This document shows, piece after piece, positions 15,518 to 24,225 of a stretch of DNA of 32,000 bases (position 1 is the first letter of the stretch; every line of letters begins with the position of its first letter). Under the pieces are notes generated by a model. That model worked only from the letters and a program-made list of their open reading frames with translations. It made no database searches and had not been told where the DNA came from. The stretch covers positions 60,001-92,000 of the forward strand of contig JAUYHT010000006.1 in NCBI GenBank assembly GCA_030688545.1, given 5' to 3'. A program made the position numbers and the translations under genes. The stretch is from Candidatus Iainarchaeum sp. (GTDB taxonomy: Archaea > Iainarchaeota > Iainarchaeia > Iainarchaeales > VGJJ01).

Positions 15518-18500
15518 AAACGGATCGCACACGTTGGCAGAATTGGATTTGGGCACTGGCCTTCTCATTCGAGTAATCGTAGTCCGGGAAGGCATTGGAG
15601 GGGCTGGGGAATACGGTGAAATTATACGAGCCATCCCCGCTGAAAGGATGAGCAACGGACACCGACTGCCCGGCCGGAATGGAAATGATCTGCGTCCCAA
15701 TGAGCTGCCCTCCATCAATAGGGTCATCATCCCAGAATTCAATAGTGGCATTGGACGCATCCGCATTGCCGATGTTTCGTATGGTCGCCCTCACCGTAAT
15801 GGTTTCGCCTGGCAAGGGATAGGAATTGGAAAACTGAATTGCATTCGGACCTATTTTCAGGTCCGGGGCCACGATGAGGGAGGTGGAAATACGCTCTTCC
15901 AGATAAAAGGGGGCCCCATTCCAAACCCCGTTCGCATTGATATCAAGGAGATAGGGGCCGGCGAGGCTTCCTAAATCATGCGGTGCGGCATAGAGCCCGT
16001 CATTCGCTCCCCCGTCGGAATGGTTGCCGTCGTCGAATAAAGGAATACTGTGGGTGACCCCGTCGGGTTGGATTAAAGTGGTTATAACCGTCGCGCCCAA
16101 CCCCGGGGCATTCGTATTAAGATCAAATATCCGCGTGGAGATGACCATGGTTTCCTGGGGGAAGTATTCCGTTTTGTCCACGCCGGATTGGATTCCGATG
16201 GGTCGACCGATGTAGGCGATCATGTTGAAATCCGCTGGAGTAGCACCGCTGTACAGATTGGCCTGCGCCATCCAGATGCCCCCGTTGGCATCCAAATTTT
16301 GGGGATGCGTGATATGGAACTCCCTATAATAGACATTCTGGTCGAAAACGGAAGTATATTGCACCCCTGGAAAATTAAAGTAATTCCAGCGGGAAATGGT
16401 CCCTCCCTGCGGAAGAAGGAGGATAGGGTAGAAACCACCGGCGCGGGAGGTAGTGGCAATGGTCAAAACATCCCGGGGGAAGGGGATGGGAAAAACATCG
16501 ATGGTTTGATTGGGATCCACTACCCCGCTTCCTTCCTTGATTTCCAATGATGGAGTTTGAGAGTGAGAAGCGAGGGATGCGGGGCAATTCCCCAGCGTCG
16601 TGTTCCCGTCCCGCATCAATGAAAGGATTTGCGTGAGGGTGGGGGCGTGGGAATAGTAATTGGGATCATACTTCCCGTGCACAACATCCGCAAGATAACA
16701 TTGCGAGGTGAACGCCTGCACGCTGGCCACCGGAACGACATTGTCATTGGGAATATGGGAATCCGCGGGGTAGCAGAAAGAGGGCAAAAACTTGCATAAG
16801 GGCCACCGGGTCACCAAGGAATAGAGCCGCGTCCCCGCGATCCCGATGTGCGGAACCCCTTTGGAATCGTACGCCCGATTCAAAACATTGAGGAAAAAGG
16901 AATAGGGAATCATTTGATACCGGGCCGTATCTTTCGGGTCGTCCCCGCTCTTCATATTCAGCTTCTGCCCGAAGGGGTGGCGGGCCATGTTCGTTCCCTC
17001 ATTGGGAGTGCCGAGCAGGAATAGACGATTAATATCCCCCCGATACCCATTGGAGGCGATGTATGCGCGCGCGGCCAATCCCCCCATGGAATGGCCCACC
17101 ACGTCCACCTTCCTATTTCCCGTATTCGAATGGATAATGTTGAGGGCTTCCGCCATTTGATCCTTCAACGATCCAATGTCCCCGTTGTTGGGCACCAATC
17201 CCTTCTGACTCAAAACACGGCCCACGCGGTAGGTTTGGTAGCCCACCCGTCCAAGCAAGGTTTCCAATGGGTCCCAAATGTCATCGTCCGCATAGATGCC
17301 ATGAACGAATAGCACCGGGAGGGGGATGGATTTTTTTTGGTATAATTCGCTTCCCCCGCTCGGGTGGTTTATACTGAAAACAACTTCCACCTGATTTTTT
17401 GAATCGATATCCATATTGACGCCATAAATCAAGCCCGAGGTGGATTGGAATATAATTTTTGAACTGTTAAGATAGAACAAGGTCCCCCCATCAGAATAGG
17501 CTTTATTATAGTAGACGCGAGTGGTGGTGCCGCTCACGTAATATTGAATAAGGTGGAGATCCCCATGAAAATCCGGTTTGATTTTCGGAGCGCTGTATGT
17601 GGATCCACTATTTCCGATTTGGGTGAACGGAGTCAGGGCGTTCCCGTCCAGGTCGTATTTTTGGTAATACCATTGCGTGCATCCAATATACCAACAATTA
17701 TTCCGGTTACCCCAGATGAGGGCCAGATTCTGTTGGGGATCAATGAATACTTTCACATCATAAATTTCCAAACGGTAAATAGGAGGGTTGATGATTTGAT
17801 TCATCAGCAGGTTTCCAACATTATCCAATCGGACCATCACGATCCGGTTATCCGGCCACGTCCTGTTTTCGCCCCATGCGGCGCTCACGAAGCCGTTTTC
17901 ATCTACGTCGAGGGAGGGGCGATTATGATTACCTCGGGGGATATTCAGGCTGGTAGTAGGGATGAGTATGTTTCCCTCATCATCTATTTTTTGGAATTTT
18001 ACAGAGGATTGGGGATATGGCATCTTATCAATCATGATCAAATGGATGTCATCGTTTCCATCTAGCGCCATTCCAAAAGAAGAAAACCCATTCGAGTCGT
18101 TCGTGATGGGAATAATAGGGGTCGCCATTTGGCCATCGGGGGAAATTTTCCGGTATTGGAGTTGGTAGGGGGAAATCACCCCGCTCAACCAAATCACATG
18201 GACGGCATCCGATTGATCCACTCTCAAATCGAATTCAGTGGTGTTGTTGCCGAGCGTGTTGCCCGATACCCGCAGAACCGTGCCAATGGGATTGCCTTGC
18301 GAATCCGTCTTCTTGTAATAAAGCGCATTTTCGATCCGGTCGCGCCACAGGATGTTCACATTATCCTGGGAATCCGTTTTCACGATTACAGATTGGAAGA
18401 CCCAATTCTGGTCCGAACCAAGAATAACCTTTTCATCCTCCCAGCCGAAGGGTTCTCCCGCCGCGGGGGTGCCGAAAAGCAAACCTATTCCGAGAAGCAG

Positions 18501-18527
18501 GTAAAGGATTTTGGGGAGAAAGGCCAT
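15474..18527 (-). CDS. Secreted multidomain alpha/beta-hydrolase (lipase/esterase-like) with N-terminal propeller-like repeats and a C-terminal CARDB domain
   Basis: Signal peptide MAFLPKILYLLLGIGLLFGTPAAG. About 7 repeats (nt 17334-18410). Hydrolase core LPVLFVHG...VDVVGHSMGG, with the Ser480 codon at 17088-17090 and candidate Asp (PNDNVVP) and His (VVHGKY). CARDB-like segment PGETITVRATIRNIGNADASNATIEFWDD at nt 15603-15869. No TM anchor. Confidence 0.8.
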   Translation of the reverse strand: MAFLPKILYLLLGIGLLFGTPAAGEPFGWEDEKVILGSDQNWVFQSVIVKTDSQDNVNILWRDRIENALYYKKTDSQGNPIGTVLRVSGNTLGNNTTEFDLRVDQSDAVHVIWLSGVISPYQLQYRKISPDGQMATPIIPITNDSNGFSSFGMALDGNDDIHLIMIDKMPYPQSSVKFQKIDDEGNILIPTTSLNIPRGNHNRPSLDVDENGFVSAAWGENRTWPDNRIVMVRLDNVGNLLMNQIINPPIYRLEIYDVKVFIDPQQNLALIWGNRNNCWYIGCTQWYYQKYDLDGNALTPFTQIGNSGSTYSAPKIKPDFHGDLHLIQYYVSGTTTRVYYNKAYSDGGTLFYLNSSKIIFQSTSGLIYGVNMDIDSKNQVEVVFSINHPSGGSELYQKKSIPLPVLFVHGIYADDDIWDPLETLLGRVGYQTYRVGRVLSQKGLVPNNGDIGSLKDQMAEALNIIHSNTGNRKVDVVGHSMGGLAARAYIASNGYRGDINRLFLLGTPNEGTNMARHPFGQKLNMKSGDDPKDTARYQMIPYSFFLNVLNRAYDSKGVPHIGIAGTRLYSLVTRWPLCKFLPSFCYPADSHIPNDNVVPVASVQAFTSQCYLADVVHGKYDPNYYSHAPTLTQILSLMRDGNTTLGNCPASLASHSQTPSLEIKEGSGVVDPNQTIDVFPIPFPRDVLTIATTSRAGGFYPILLLPQGGTISRWNYFNFPGVQYTSVFDQNVYYREFHITHPQNLDANGGIWMAQANLYSGATPADFNMIAYIGRPIGIQSGVDKTEYFPQETMVISTRIFDLNTNAPGLGATVITTLIQPDGVTHSIPLFDDGNHSDGGANDGLYAAPHDLGSLAGPYLLDINANGVWNGAPFYLEERISTSLIVAPDLKIGPNAIQFSNSYPLPGETITVRATIRNIGNADASNATIEFWDDDPIDGGQLIGTQIISIPAGQSVSVAHPFSGDGSYNFTVFPSPSNAFPDYDYSNEKASAQIQFCQRVRSVSTGNAGPGCVSVAP

Positions 18528-18549
18528 TATTATTTTTCCCGCCTTCCCC

Positions 18550-18557
18550 TATATAAA
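18550..18557 (-). promoter_or_regulatory. Consensus TATA box (TTTATATA on the minus strand) for the secreted hydrolase gene
   Basis: Centred about 26 nt upstream of the ATG at 18527, which implies a leaderless mRNA. Confidence 0.55.
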
Positions 18558-18630
18558 TAATGTAGAAAACGACCCCTTTTGAGAAGGAATTGACCTCCTC
18601 CCCGCCCCATAAGGGCGTGGTCTCAGCCAT

Positions 18631-18692
18631 TTTTTGATAAATCTTTTTCTAAAAAAAGTTGTTTTTGATGAAACTTTTTTCTAAAAAGTTTC
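18631..18692. terminator. Tandem 31-nt repeat, each unit a T5-6 tract plus a T-tract/A-tract hairpin (likely a bidirectional terminator pair)
   Basis: The units are TTTTTGATAAATCTTTTTCTAAAAAAAGTTG and TTTTTGATGAAACTTTTTTCTAAAAAGTTTC. The second forms a perfect 9-bp stem AAACTTTTT-TCT-AAAAAGTTT (18671-18691). It lies 4 nt downstream of the GGR stop on the minus strand. Confidence 0.5.
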
Positions 18693-18695
18693 CCC

Positions 18696-19844
18696 TCATT
18701 TCGCCAAGGCGAACCCGAGGGCTTCTGGCAGCAACGTGATCATCCGGGGGGTGCGGAGGAGTTTGCTTATGAATCTTGAGGGCTCGTCCATGTCGCCTTC
18801 CCGGGAGAGGAATTCTTCCATGCCCGCGTCCTTGAGCTTGAGGAAGAGCTTGTCCAAATAGGTATCAGTGAGGGATGCTTGATATTGGTGAATGCGGTGA
18901 TGCAGCTCGAGTTCGCGAAAGATGGGGGCCATTCGTTTTTCGTATTCGGTGAGTGGGGTATCGTGCGCGATATTCTCCTGGATGACCTTTCCTAAAATGT
19001 CCGCGGCCTTGGTGTTCATGATAATGCCCCCGCCCGTGGTGGCTTTGGTCTGGAAGGCGGCGTCCCCCAGTAATACCAATGGGTCCGCGTAAAGTTTTCG
19101 GATGGGCCGCGCGCAGGGAATGAGAAAGGAGTTCTCGCTCTTCACGTGCACACTCAATTGTTTTTCCCGGATGAAATGCTTGAATACAGTGGCGGGATTC
19201 ATCCCCATTCTACATCCTAATCCTACTTTGGCGCTCTCCTCATTCTCCGGAATGACCCACGCGAAAAAATGCGGAGCAATATCAGTGCCGAAATAGAGTT
19301 CCACCATCCGGGGGTCGAAGCTTCCCGCCACTTTCGCTTGGTAGGAATGGATGAAATCCGTAGCTTTCGACTCGATGCCCGCGCTCTTTCGGAGGCGGGA
19401 GTTCACTCCATCCGCGGCCACGATGATGCTTGCTTTCCGCACCCCTCCGCGTCCTTTATTCTGGGTAAATACACTATTCCCCCGCACGCTCATCACACTC
19501 GTGTTCAATTCCACGGTGGCGCCCGCGTCGAGGGCTTCCTTGTACAGGGTTTGGTCAAATTTTGACCGATCCATCACGTGCGCTACGGGTTCCTTAGATT
19601 CGATGCGAAGTTGAGTATTATTAGGGGAATACAATTTGGCACCATATATATGATTAGTCCGGCTGTCCGAAAGATCAAACCCCAGTTCCTTCGTATTGCG
19701 CGCGCTGATGAGTCCCGAGCAGTGTTCCGGTACCCCTATTTGGGGGTGGTCTTCCAAAACCGTCACGGGAATATCATTTTCAGCAAGCCGTCGAGCCACG
19801 CGCAATCCCGCGCACCCCCCTCCCACCACGATGACGGACTCCAT
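18696..19844 (-). CDS. Geranylgeranyl reductase family FAD-dependent oxidoreductase (archaeal lipid/isoprenoid saturase type)
   Basis: N-terminal VIVVGGGCAGLRVARRLAENDIPVTVLE dinucleotide-binding fold, GDAA motif (LLGDAAFQTKATTGGGI), and a length of 382 aa. Confidence 0.9.
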   Translation of the reverse strand: MESVIVVGGGCAGLRVARRLAENDIPVTVLEDHPQIGVPEHCSGLISARNTKELGFDLSDSRTNHIYGAKLYSPNNTQLRIESKEPVAHVMDRSKFDQTLYKEALDAGATVELNTSVMSVRGNSVFTQNKGRGGVRKASIIVAADGVNSRLRKSAGIESKATDFIHSYQAKVAGSFDPRMVELYFGTDIAPHFFAWVIPENEESAKVGLGCRMGMNPATVFKHFIREKQLSVHVKSENSFLIPCARPIRKLYADPLVLLGDAAFQTKATTGGGIIMNTKAADILGKVIQENIAHDTPLTEYEKRMAPIFRELELHHRIHQYQASLTDTYLDKLFLKLKDAGMEEFLSREGDMDEPSRFISKLLRTPRMITLLPEALGFALAK

Positions 19845-19866
19845 AACCGGAAAGGCCGTGGAATGG

Positions 19867-19873
19867 TTTTAAA
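19867..19873 (-). promoter_or_regulatory. TATA-like element (GGTTTAAAACC on the minus strand) for the GGR gene
   Basis: Centred 26 nt upstream of the ATG at 19844. Confidence 0.5.
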
Positions 19874-19924
19874 CCCCACTCGGAGACCCGCACCCATTAT
19901 TAGCTGGGAAAGAATAAGGATGGG

Positions 19925-20197
19925 ATGAGCGGGGCGGGTGGACTCATCCTATTGGGTGTGGCCTTAGTGGTGGCCGGGGGAGCAAGCCAGTTATTCCTAA
20001 ATCCTCCAAGTCGTACACCCGGCCACCGGCTTTTGCCTCACTGGGAGGAAGGACTCATCTATTCCCTCCTCTTGGGCCCCTTCATTCTCTTTCTATTGGG
20101 AAAAATGGGCTTTCGTATGTCCATCACCACCCTCCTGGTTTTGGTGTTGGCCGCCCTGCTGGGAGGGTGGATGCTCCGCTTTCGGGTGAAGCGGTGA
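19925..20197 (+). CDS. Small hydrophobic membrane protein (90 aa, about 3 TM helices)
   Basis: Three hydrophobic segments with a basic C-terminus (RFRVKR). There is a weak TATA-like ATTATTAG centred about 25 nt upstream, and a T7 tract downstream. Confidence 0.45.
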   Translation: MSGAGGLILLGVALVVAGGASQLFLNPPSRTPGHRLLPHWEEGLIYSLLLGPFILFLLGKMGFRMSITTLLVLVLAALLGGWMLRFRVKR

Positions 20198-20281
20198 TGG
20201 GATGAGCGGTTGGATAATCCGCTTGAATGATGGAGATAATCCTATCCCACCATACAAGATAATTCATACAATGGTTTGAGA

Positions 20282-20288
20282 TTTTTTT
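20282..20288 (+). terminator. Oligo-T (T7) tract downstream of the small membrane-protein gene
   Basis: Archaeal intrinsic termination uses oligo-T tracts. This T7 lies 85 nt after the stop at 20197. Confidence 0.35.
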
Positions 20289-20314
20289 AATGGAAAATAT
20301 TCCTCGGACATTTT

Positions 20315-20322
20315 AAAAAAAA
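20315..20322 (-). terminator. Oligo-T (T8 on the minus strand) downstream of the 878-aa surface protein gene
   Basis: An A8 run on the plus strand, which is T8 on the minus strand, about 40 nt after the stop at 20363. Confidence 0.4.
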
Positions 20323-20362
20323 TACCAAGGGAGGACCAACCAATTTCCAATGTCCAAAGTTA

Positions 20363-22999
20363 TCACCGCTTCCATTTAACCGTGCGGAAGGGAGTAGGTT
20401 CAAACCGGCTGGGCACGATGGGTTTACCATGCATCCTATCCGAGCGCGCGCTGCTCCAGAGGATAGGGTTGTCCATTCCGCGCGTATCCGTGGGAATCAT
20501 GCGTCGTCCCATCAGGATGATGCCGGCAATCACGAGTATTCCGATAATGGGCATCGCCATTCCGGAGGCGGCCGATACTAATCCTGAAAATAATGAAGGC
20601 TGATCATCATTCAATTCTCCTTGCAGGATGGGCGGGCTTGTCCGGGCGCTCAATTGGGCGGCCAGGAATTCCGCCTCTTCTTGAGTGAACGAGGCAATGG
20701 TCTGATACGAGAATTCCACGGCTTCCCCTTCCCTTAAATCCAAGGCTTCAAACTGGATGATGGGATCATCCTTGAGGGTGGTGAATCCATGCTCGGATGT
20801 CAATTCCGAAGTGAAGTTGGCCATCGCTTTGGGCACGTTTTCTATCAACCGAATAGTCGAATGGCCATTGCTTTCGAGCCGATAGATGATCTTGAGAACA
20901 TATTTCCCTGTTTCCGTGGGAGAAGGAATGATTTGGATGAATTTACTGACATTCCATTCGTCCATCAATTGGGTGGTTTCCGCGAGGGTGTCTTGATCCT
21001 CCGGGTTGAATCCCGCTTCCTGGAGGATGAGGGGGAGCATCCCGGAATCAATGGACATGAGTACTTCCTCATGGGAAACACTTTCCACAGGCGGAGCAGG
21101 CTCTGAAACCGGGGCGGCGGTGCGAGCCGCCGGATCTAAAATAATTCCCGTTTTCACGGCCGCGGAGCACTGGTCTGCAGTAAACTTGAGGGTGAATGTA
21201 TTTCCGATTTCCAGTGGGATGGGTATGGTAGCCCCCCATGCCCGTTGGGACAGGTTGGTTTTCCCATGGTTTTGAGTCAGCTTTCCCGTGGCGAAAGAAG
21301 ATAGTTCGCCTCCGGTATAGGATTGGGATGACTCCACTTCGACCACAATCGAATCCCCCGCATACCAGGGAGTCTCAACGTCAAAAGTGACGGCACACGC
21401 GGGGAGGGAGCCACCCGAGTTATTGGAGGAATCATTGTTGGTATTGTTATTGTTGCTGCTGCTCGCGCATCCTGAGGTTTTGGCTTCCAATCGGTCGCTC
21501 GCATTTCCTTTGTTTCCCGCCTTGTCAATGGCTTTCACCCAGAAATAATACGTGGTGCATTCATCCAGGCCAGTGATAGAAGTACTCGTCCCACTCGTGG
21601 TTCTGGACGAACTATCGGGAATGGATGAGCTGGTGCTCCGATAGACTTCGTATTCCTTGATCCCGGATCCGCTGTCCGATCCTGAGTCCCATTCGAGATC
21701 GATGGCTTCATCATCCACCGAATCCAACTCAAGATCATTCACTTTTCCGGGAGGGGTCACATCGTAGTACACATTCTTGGTTTGAGTAGGCGATACGTTC
21801 CCGGCGCGATCCGATACATAGGTCTCAATGGTTCGGGACCCCTCTCCCGAACTGCACCCATTAGAAAGAATACTGAATGAATCGATGTTCACATTGTGAG
21901 TCATTTCGGTAAAATTCCCGCTGGTACCGCAGCGCATATACAGCTTATCGATTCCCCCTGCGTCGCTGGCGGATAATGTGAATGAAGGAGTGGGGTCATT
22001 AGTAAATTCAGCCACCGAAAGAGTGAGGGTGGGAGTCGTAGTATCAATGGTAAAAGGAAACGTTTTCGTCTCCTCATTCCCCGCCAAATCTTTTACTAAT
22101 GCCACGAGCGAATGGCTCCCTTCCCCTAACGGGGAGGAGGGGGTGAATATCGCTTGGTTGCCTTGCAAAGTAGAATTGGTGGCCGTCCCATCGAGGGTAA
22201 GGACAAAAGATAGGTCATCGATGCCACTTAATACGTCGTCCACATCAATGGTAAACGTGAATTGGGTTTGTGTCGTATACCCATGCGTGGGAATGGATGG
22301 ACTGCTCGTGAGGGTGAGGGTAGGTTTCAATGTGTCCACTTGGACAGCTGGTCCCACCCATTCGGTTTCATTCCCGGCTGCATCCATGGCTTTCACCAGG
22401 AGGAGACCGTCCACATTCTCGAGAGCAATGGTCCCAGGGAATGAAATGTAGGCCCCTAATTCGATGGCGTAATGCAACGTGCAAGAGGAGGTATCCGTGC
22501 AGGTCGCAGTGAGTTGGATGGGACTATTCATCCATCCTCCCGCGGATGGATCGGGAATAAGGGTGGGGGTGGGCAGGATCGGGGAAATCGTGTCCAATAC
22601 GGTTTCCCCAAAATCCACGCCATCCGAGGCCCCTTGGAAAAAGGCTTCAATGAAAAAAGTGACATTCCCATCATTCAACCCATTCGGGATGGCATCCCAG
22701 GTATACGTGCAGGGGCGCGGCGTGATATAATCGGAAGGGTTTCCGCATAAATCATTCGCGAGGAGACGCGTGGATAGGGCGGTGGCATTCGCCAACGTAC
22801 CATCATTCCCCGCCCACATCACGAGTTTAAGTTGATCAGTAGAATTCAGATCCACATTCATCACGGTGAACGAAATGTCTATTCCCCCATTCCCGGGGTT
22901 GACATACGCAGGAATAGCCCCCATCTCAACCGTTGTCAGGGCATGGGCCCCAACCCCCAATGATAGGATGATAGCTAAAAAGACGATTCCCCGTTTCAT
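20363..22999 (-). CDS. Large type-I anchored surface protein with Ig-like modules, an FN3 domain and an Asn-rich linker
   Basis: Signal peptide MKRGIVFLAIILSLGVGAHA. Four modules ending D-x-AGN (AMDAAGNE, VKDLAGNE, VSDRAGNV, AIDKAGNK). FN3-like segment at nt 21476-21757 (IDLEWDSG...YEVYR...TTYYFWVKAID). SSSNNNNTNNDSSNNSGG linker. TM helix at nt 20510-20593 followed by a tail of about 48 aa. Confidence 0.8.
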   Translation of the reverse strand: MKRGIVFLAIILSLGVGAHALTTVEMGAIPAYVNPGNGGIDISFTVMNVDLNSTDQLKLVMWAGNDGTLANATALSTRLLANDLCGNPSDYITPRPCTYTWDAIPNGLNDGNVTFFIEAFFQGASDGVDFGETVLDTISPILPTPTLIPDPSAGGWMNSPIQLTATCTDTSSCTLHYAIELGAYISFPGTIALENVDGLLLVKAMDAAGNETEWVGPAVQVDTLKPTLTLTSSPSIPTHGYTTQTQFTFTIDVDDVLSGIDDLSFVLTLDGTATNSTLQGNQAIFTPSSPLGEGSHSLVALVKDLAGNEETKTFPFTIDTTTPTLTLSVAEFTNDPTPSFTLSASDAGGIDKLYMRCGTSGNFTEMTHNVNIDSFSILSNGCSSGEGSRTIETYVSDRAGNVSPTQTKNVYYDVTPPGKVNDLELDSVDDEAIDLEWDSGSDSGSGIKEYEVYRSTSSSIPDSSSRTTSGTSTSITGLDECTTYYFWVKAIDKAGNKGNASDRLEAKTSGCASSSNNNNTNNDSSNNSGGSLPACAVTFDVETPWYAGDSIVVEVESSQSYTGGELSSFATGKLTQNHGKTNLSQRAWGATIPIPLEIGNTFTLKFTADQCSAAVKTGIILDPAARTAAPVSEPAPPVESVSHEEVLMSIDSGMLPLILQEAGFNPEDQDTLAETTQLMDEWNVSKFIQIIPSPTETGKYVLKIIYRLESNGHSTIRLIENVPKAMANFTSELTSEHGFTTLKDDPIIQFEALDLREGEAVEFSYQTIASFTQEEAEFLAAQLSARTSPPILQGELNDDQPSLFSGLVSAASGMAMPIIGILVIAGIILMGRRMIPTDTRGMDNPILWSSARSDRMHGKPIVPSRFEPTPFRTVKWKR

Positions 23000-23222
23000 G
23001 TGATAATTCCCCCTTAGCCTTTGTTACACTTCTATCATTTAAAAGCGTGTTGAATCCCATTTGGAATAAGCCCCAAATGTTTACGGGACGACGAAGATAA
23101 ATGAAACAAGTAATGTAGAAAAGAAATAGATGGGGTGCAGAAGAATAATTAGGTAAGTCAATTAAGTAATTTTTGAATGGCAATGTGGGAAAAAAAACCA
23201 AAGGAACAGGAGCGTGGAACAC

Positions 23223-24077
23223 ATGGCACTCGAGTGGGCGCGGACGGTATTCTTCTTGGGCCTCCTAACGGGCTTGCTCATTGTCATTGGAAATATCCTC
23301 GGTGGCACGGAGGGTATGATCGTCGCTTTCATCTTCGCCGCGGTCATGAATTTCGTTTCATACTTCTTCTCTGATAAGATCGTCCTGGCCATGTACCGCG
23401 CCAAGCCCGTGGAAACTACTACAACTCAGGGGGCGCGCATCGAACGATTGGTCACACGCGCGGCCGGGAAGATGAATATTCCCATGCCCCGGTTATATAT
23501 GGTTGAATCCAAATCCCCTAATGCGTTCGCCACCGGAAGAGGGCCCAAGCATGCAGCCGTGGCGTTTACGGGGGGGATTTTAGATCTGTTGGATGATGAG
23601 GAATTGGAAGGGGTCATCGCCCATGAATTGTCGCATGTCAAAAACAGGGATGTGCTCATCTCTTCCATCGCCGCGACCATTGCGGGAGCCATAGGAATGC
23701 TGGCATTCATGCTCCAATTCGCCGCATTCGGGAGTAGGAATGGGGAAGGGAGAAATCCCATTGGACTATTATTGATGGCCATCGTGGTGCCCATCATCGC
23801 CACGCTCATCCAGCTCGCCGTATCGCGTTCGCGTGAATATCATGCGGATGAAACCGCCGCACACACATTGTCAAATGGCAAAGGTCTCGCGCGGGCTTTA
23901 GGCAAGCTCGAGCGGGGCATTCACCACCACCCCATGCGTTCTGCCAACCAGGGCACGGCCCACCTCTTCATCGCCAATCCTTTTTCAGGAAAGGCCTTGC
24001 TAGGCCTTCTCGCCACCCACCCCCCGATGGATGATCGCATCGCCCGGTTGGAAAAGATGACGTTCGACAAAAGATGA
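23223..24077 (+). CDS. htpX: M48-family zinc metalloprotease HtpX
   Basis: HELSHVKNRD (HExxH), a downstream EYHADETAA ligand region, 4 TM segments and a C-terminal THPPMDDRI. The track start at 23214 is a GTG, so I used the first ATG at 23223. Confidence 0.9.
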   Translation: MALEWARTVFFLGLLTGLLIVIGNILGGTEGMIVAFIFAAVMNFVSYFFSDKIVLAMYRAKPVETTTTQGARIERLVTRAAGKMNIPMPRLYMVESKSPNAFATGRGPKHAAVAFTGGILDLLDDEELEGVIAHELSHVKNRDVLISSIAATIAGAIGMLAFMLQFAAFGSRNGEGRNPIGLLLMAIVVPIIATLIQLAVSRSREYHADETAAHTLSNGKGLARALGKLERGIHHHPMRSANQGTAHLFIANPFSGKALLGLLATHPPMDDRIARLEKMTFDKR

Positions 24078-24194
24078 AGTCTCACCCGCTCAACAAAGGG
24101 ACAGTCCGGGTCCTAAAAAACCAACCCCATCCACCCATTGTCTCCTCCATGCGAACAACCCATTCCTTTTACCCATGCGGATGGGAGTTGGTAC

Positions 24195-24203
24195 TATTTA
24201 TTA
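24195..24203 (+). promoter_or_regulatory. TATA-like element (TATTTATTA) for the UPF0104 gene
   Basis: Centred 27 nt upstream of the ATG at 24226. Confidence 0.45.
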
Positions 24204-24225
24204 GGTCCAAGGGGATGAGAACGCT

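Noticed and set aside
19919-20209. Exact 14-nt direct repeat GATGGGATGAGCGG covering the start codon (19919-19932) and the stop codon (20196-20209) of the 90-aa membrane ORF. This looked like target-site duplication around a mini-insertion.
   Set aside because: The expected number of exact 14-mer pairs arising by chance in 32 kb is about 2 (N^2/2 divided by 4^14). There are no terminal inverted repeats and no mobility gene. I treat it as a coincidence unless it is seen genome-wide.
20194-20262. C/D-box sRNA-like motifs (GTGATGG and ATGATGG) in the spacer after the small membrane gene.
   Set aside because: There are no CTGA D or D' boxes at the required spacing, and there is no terminal stem.
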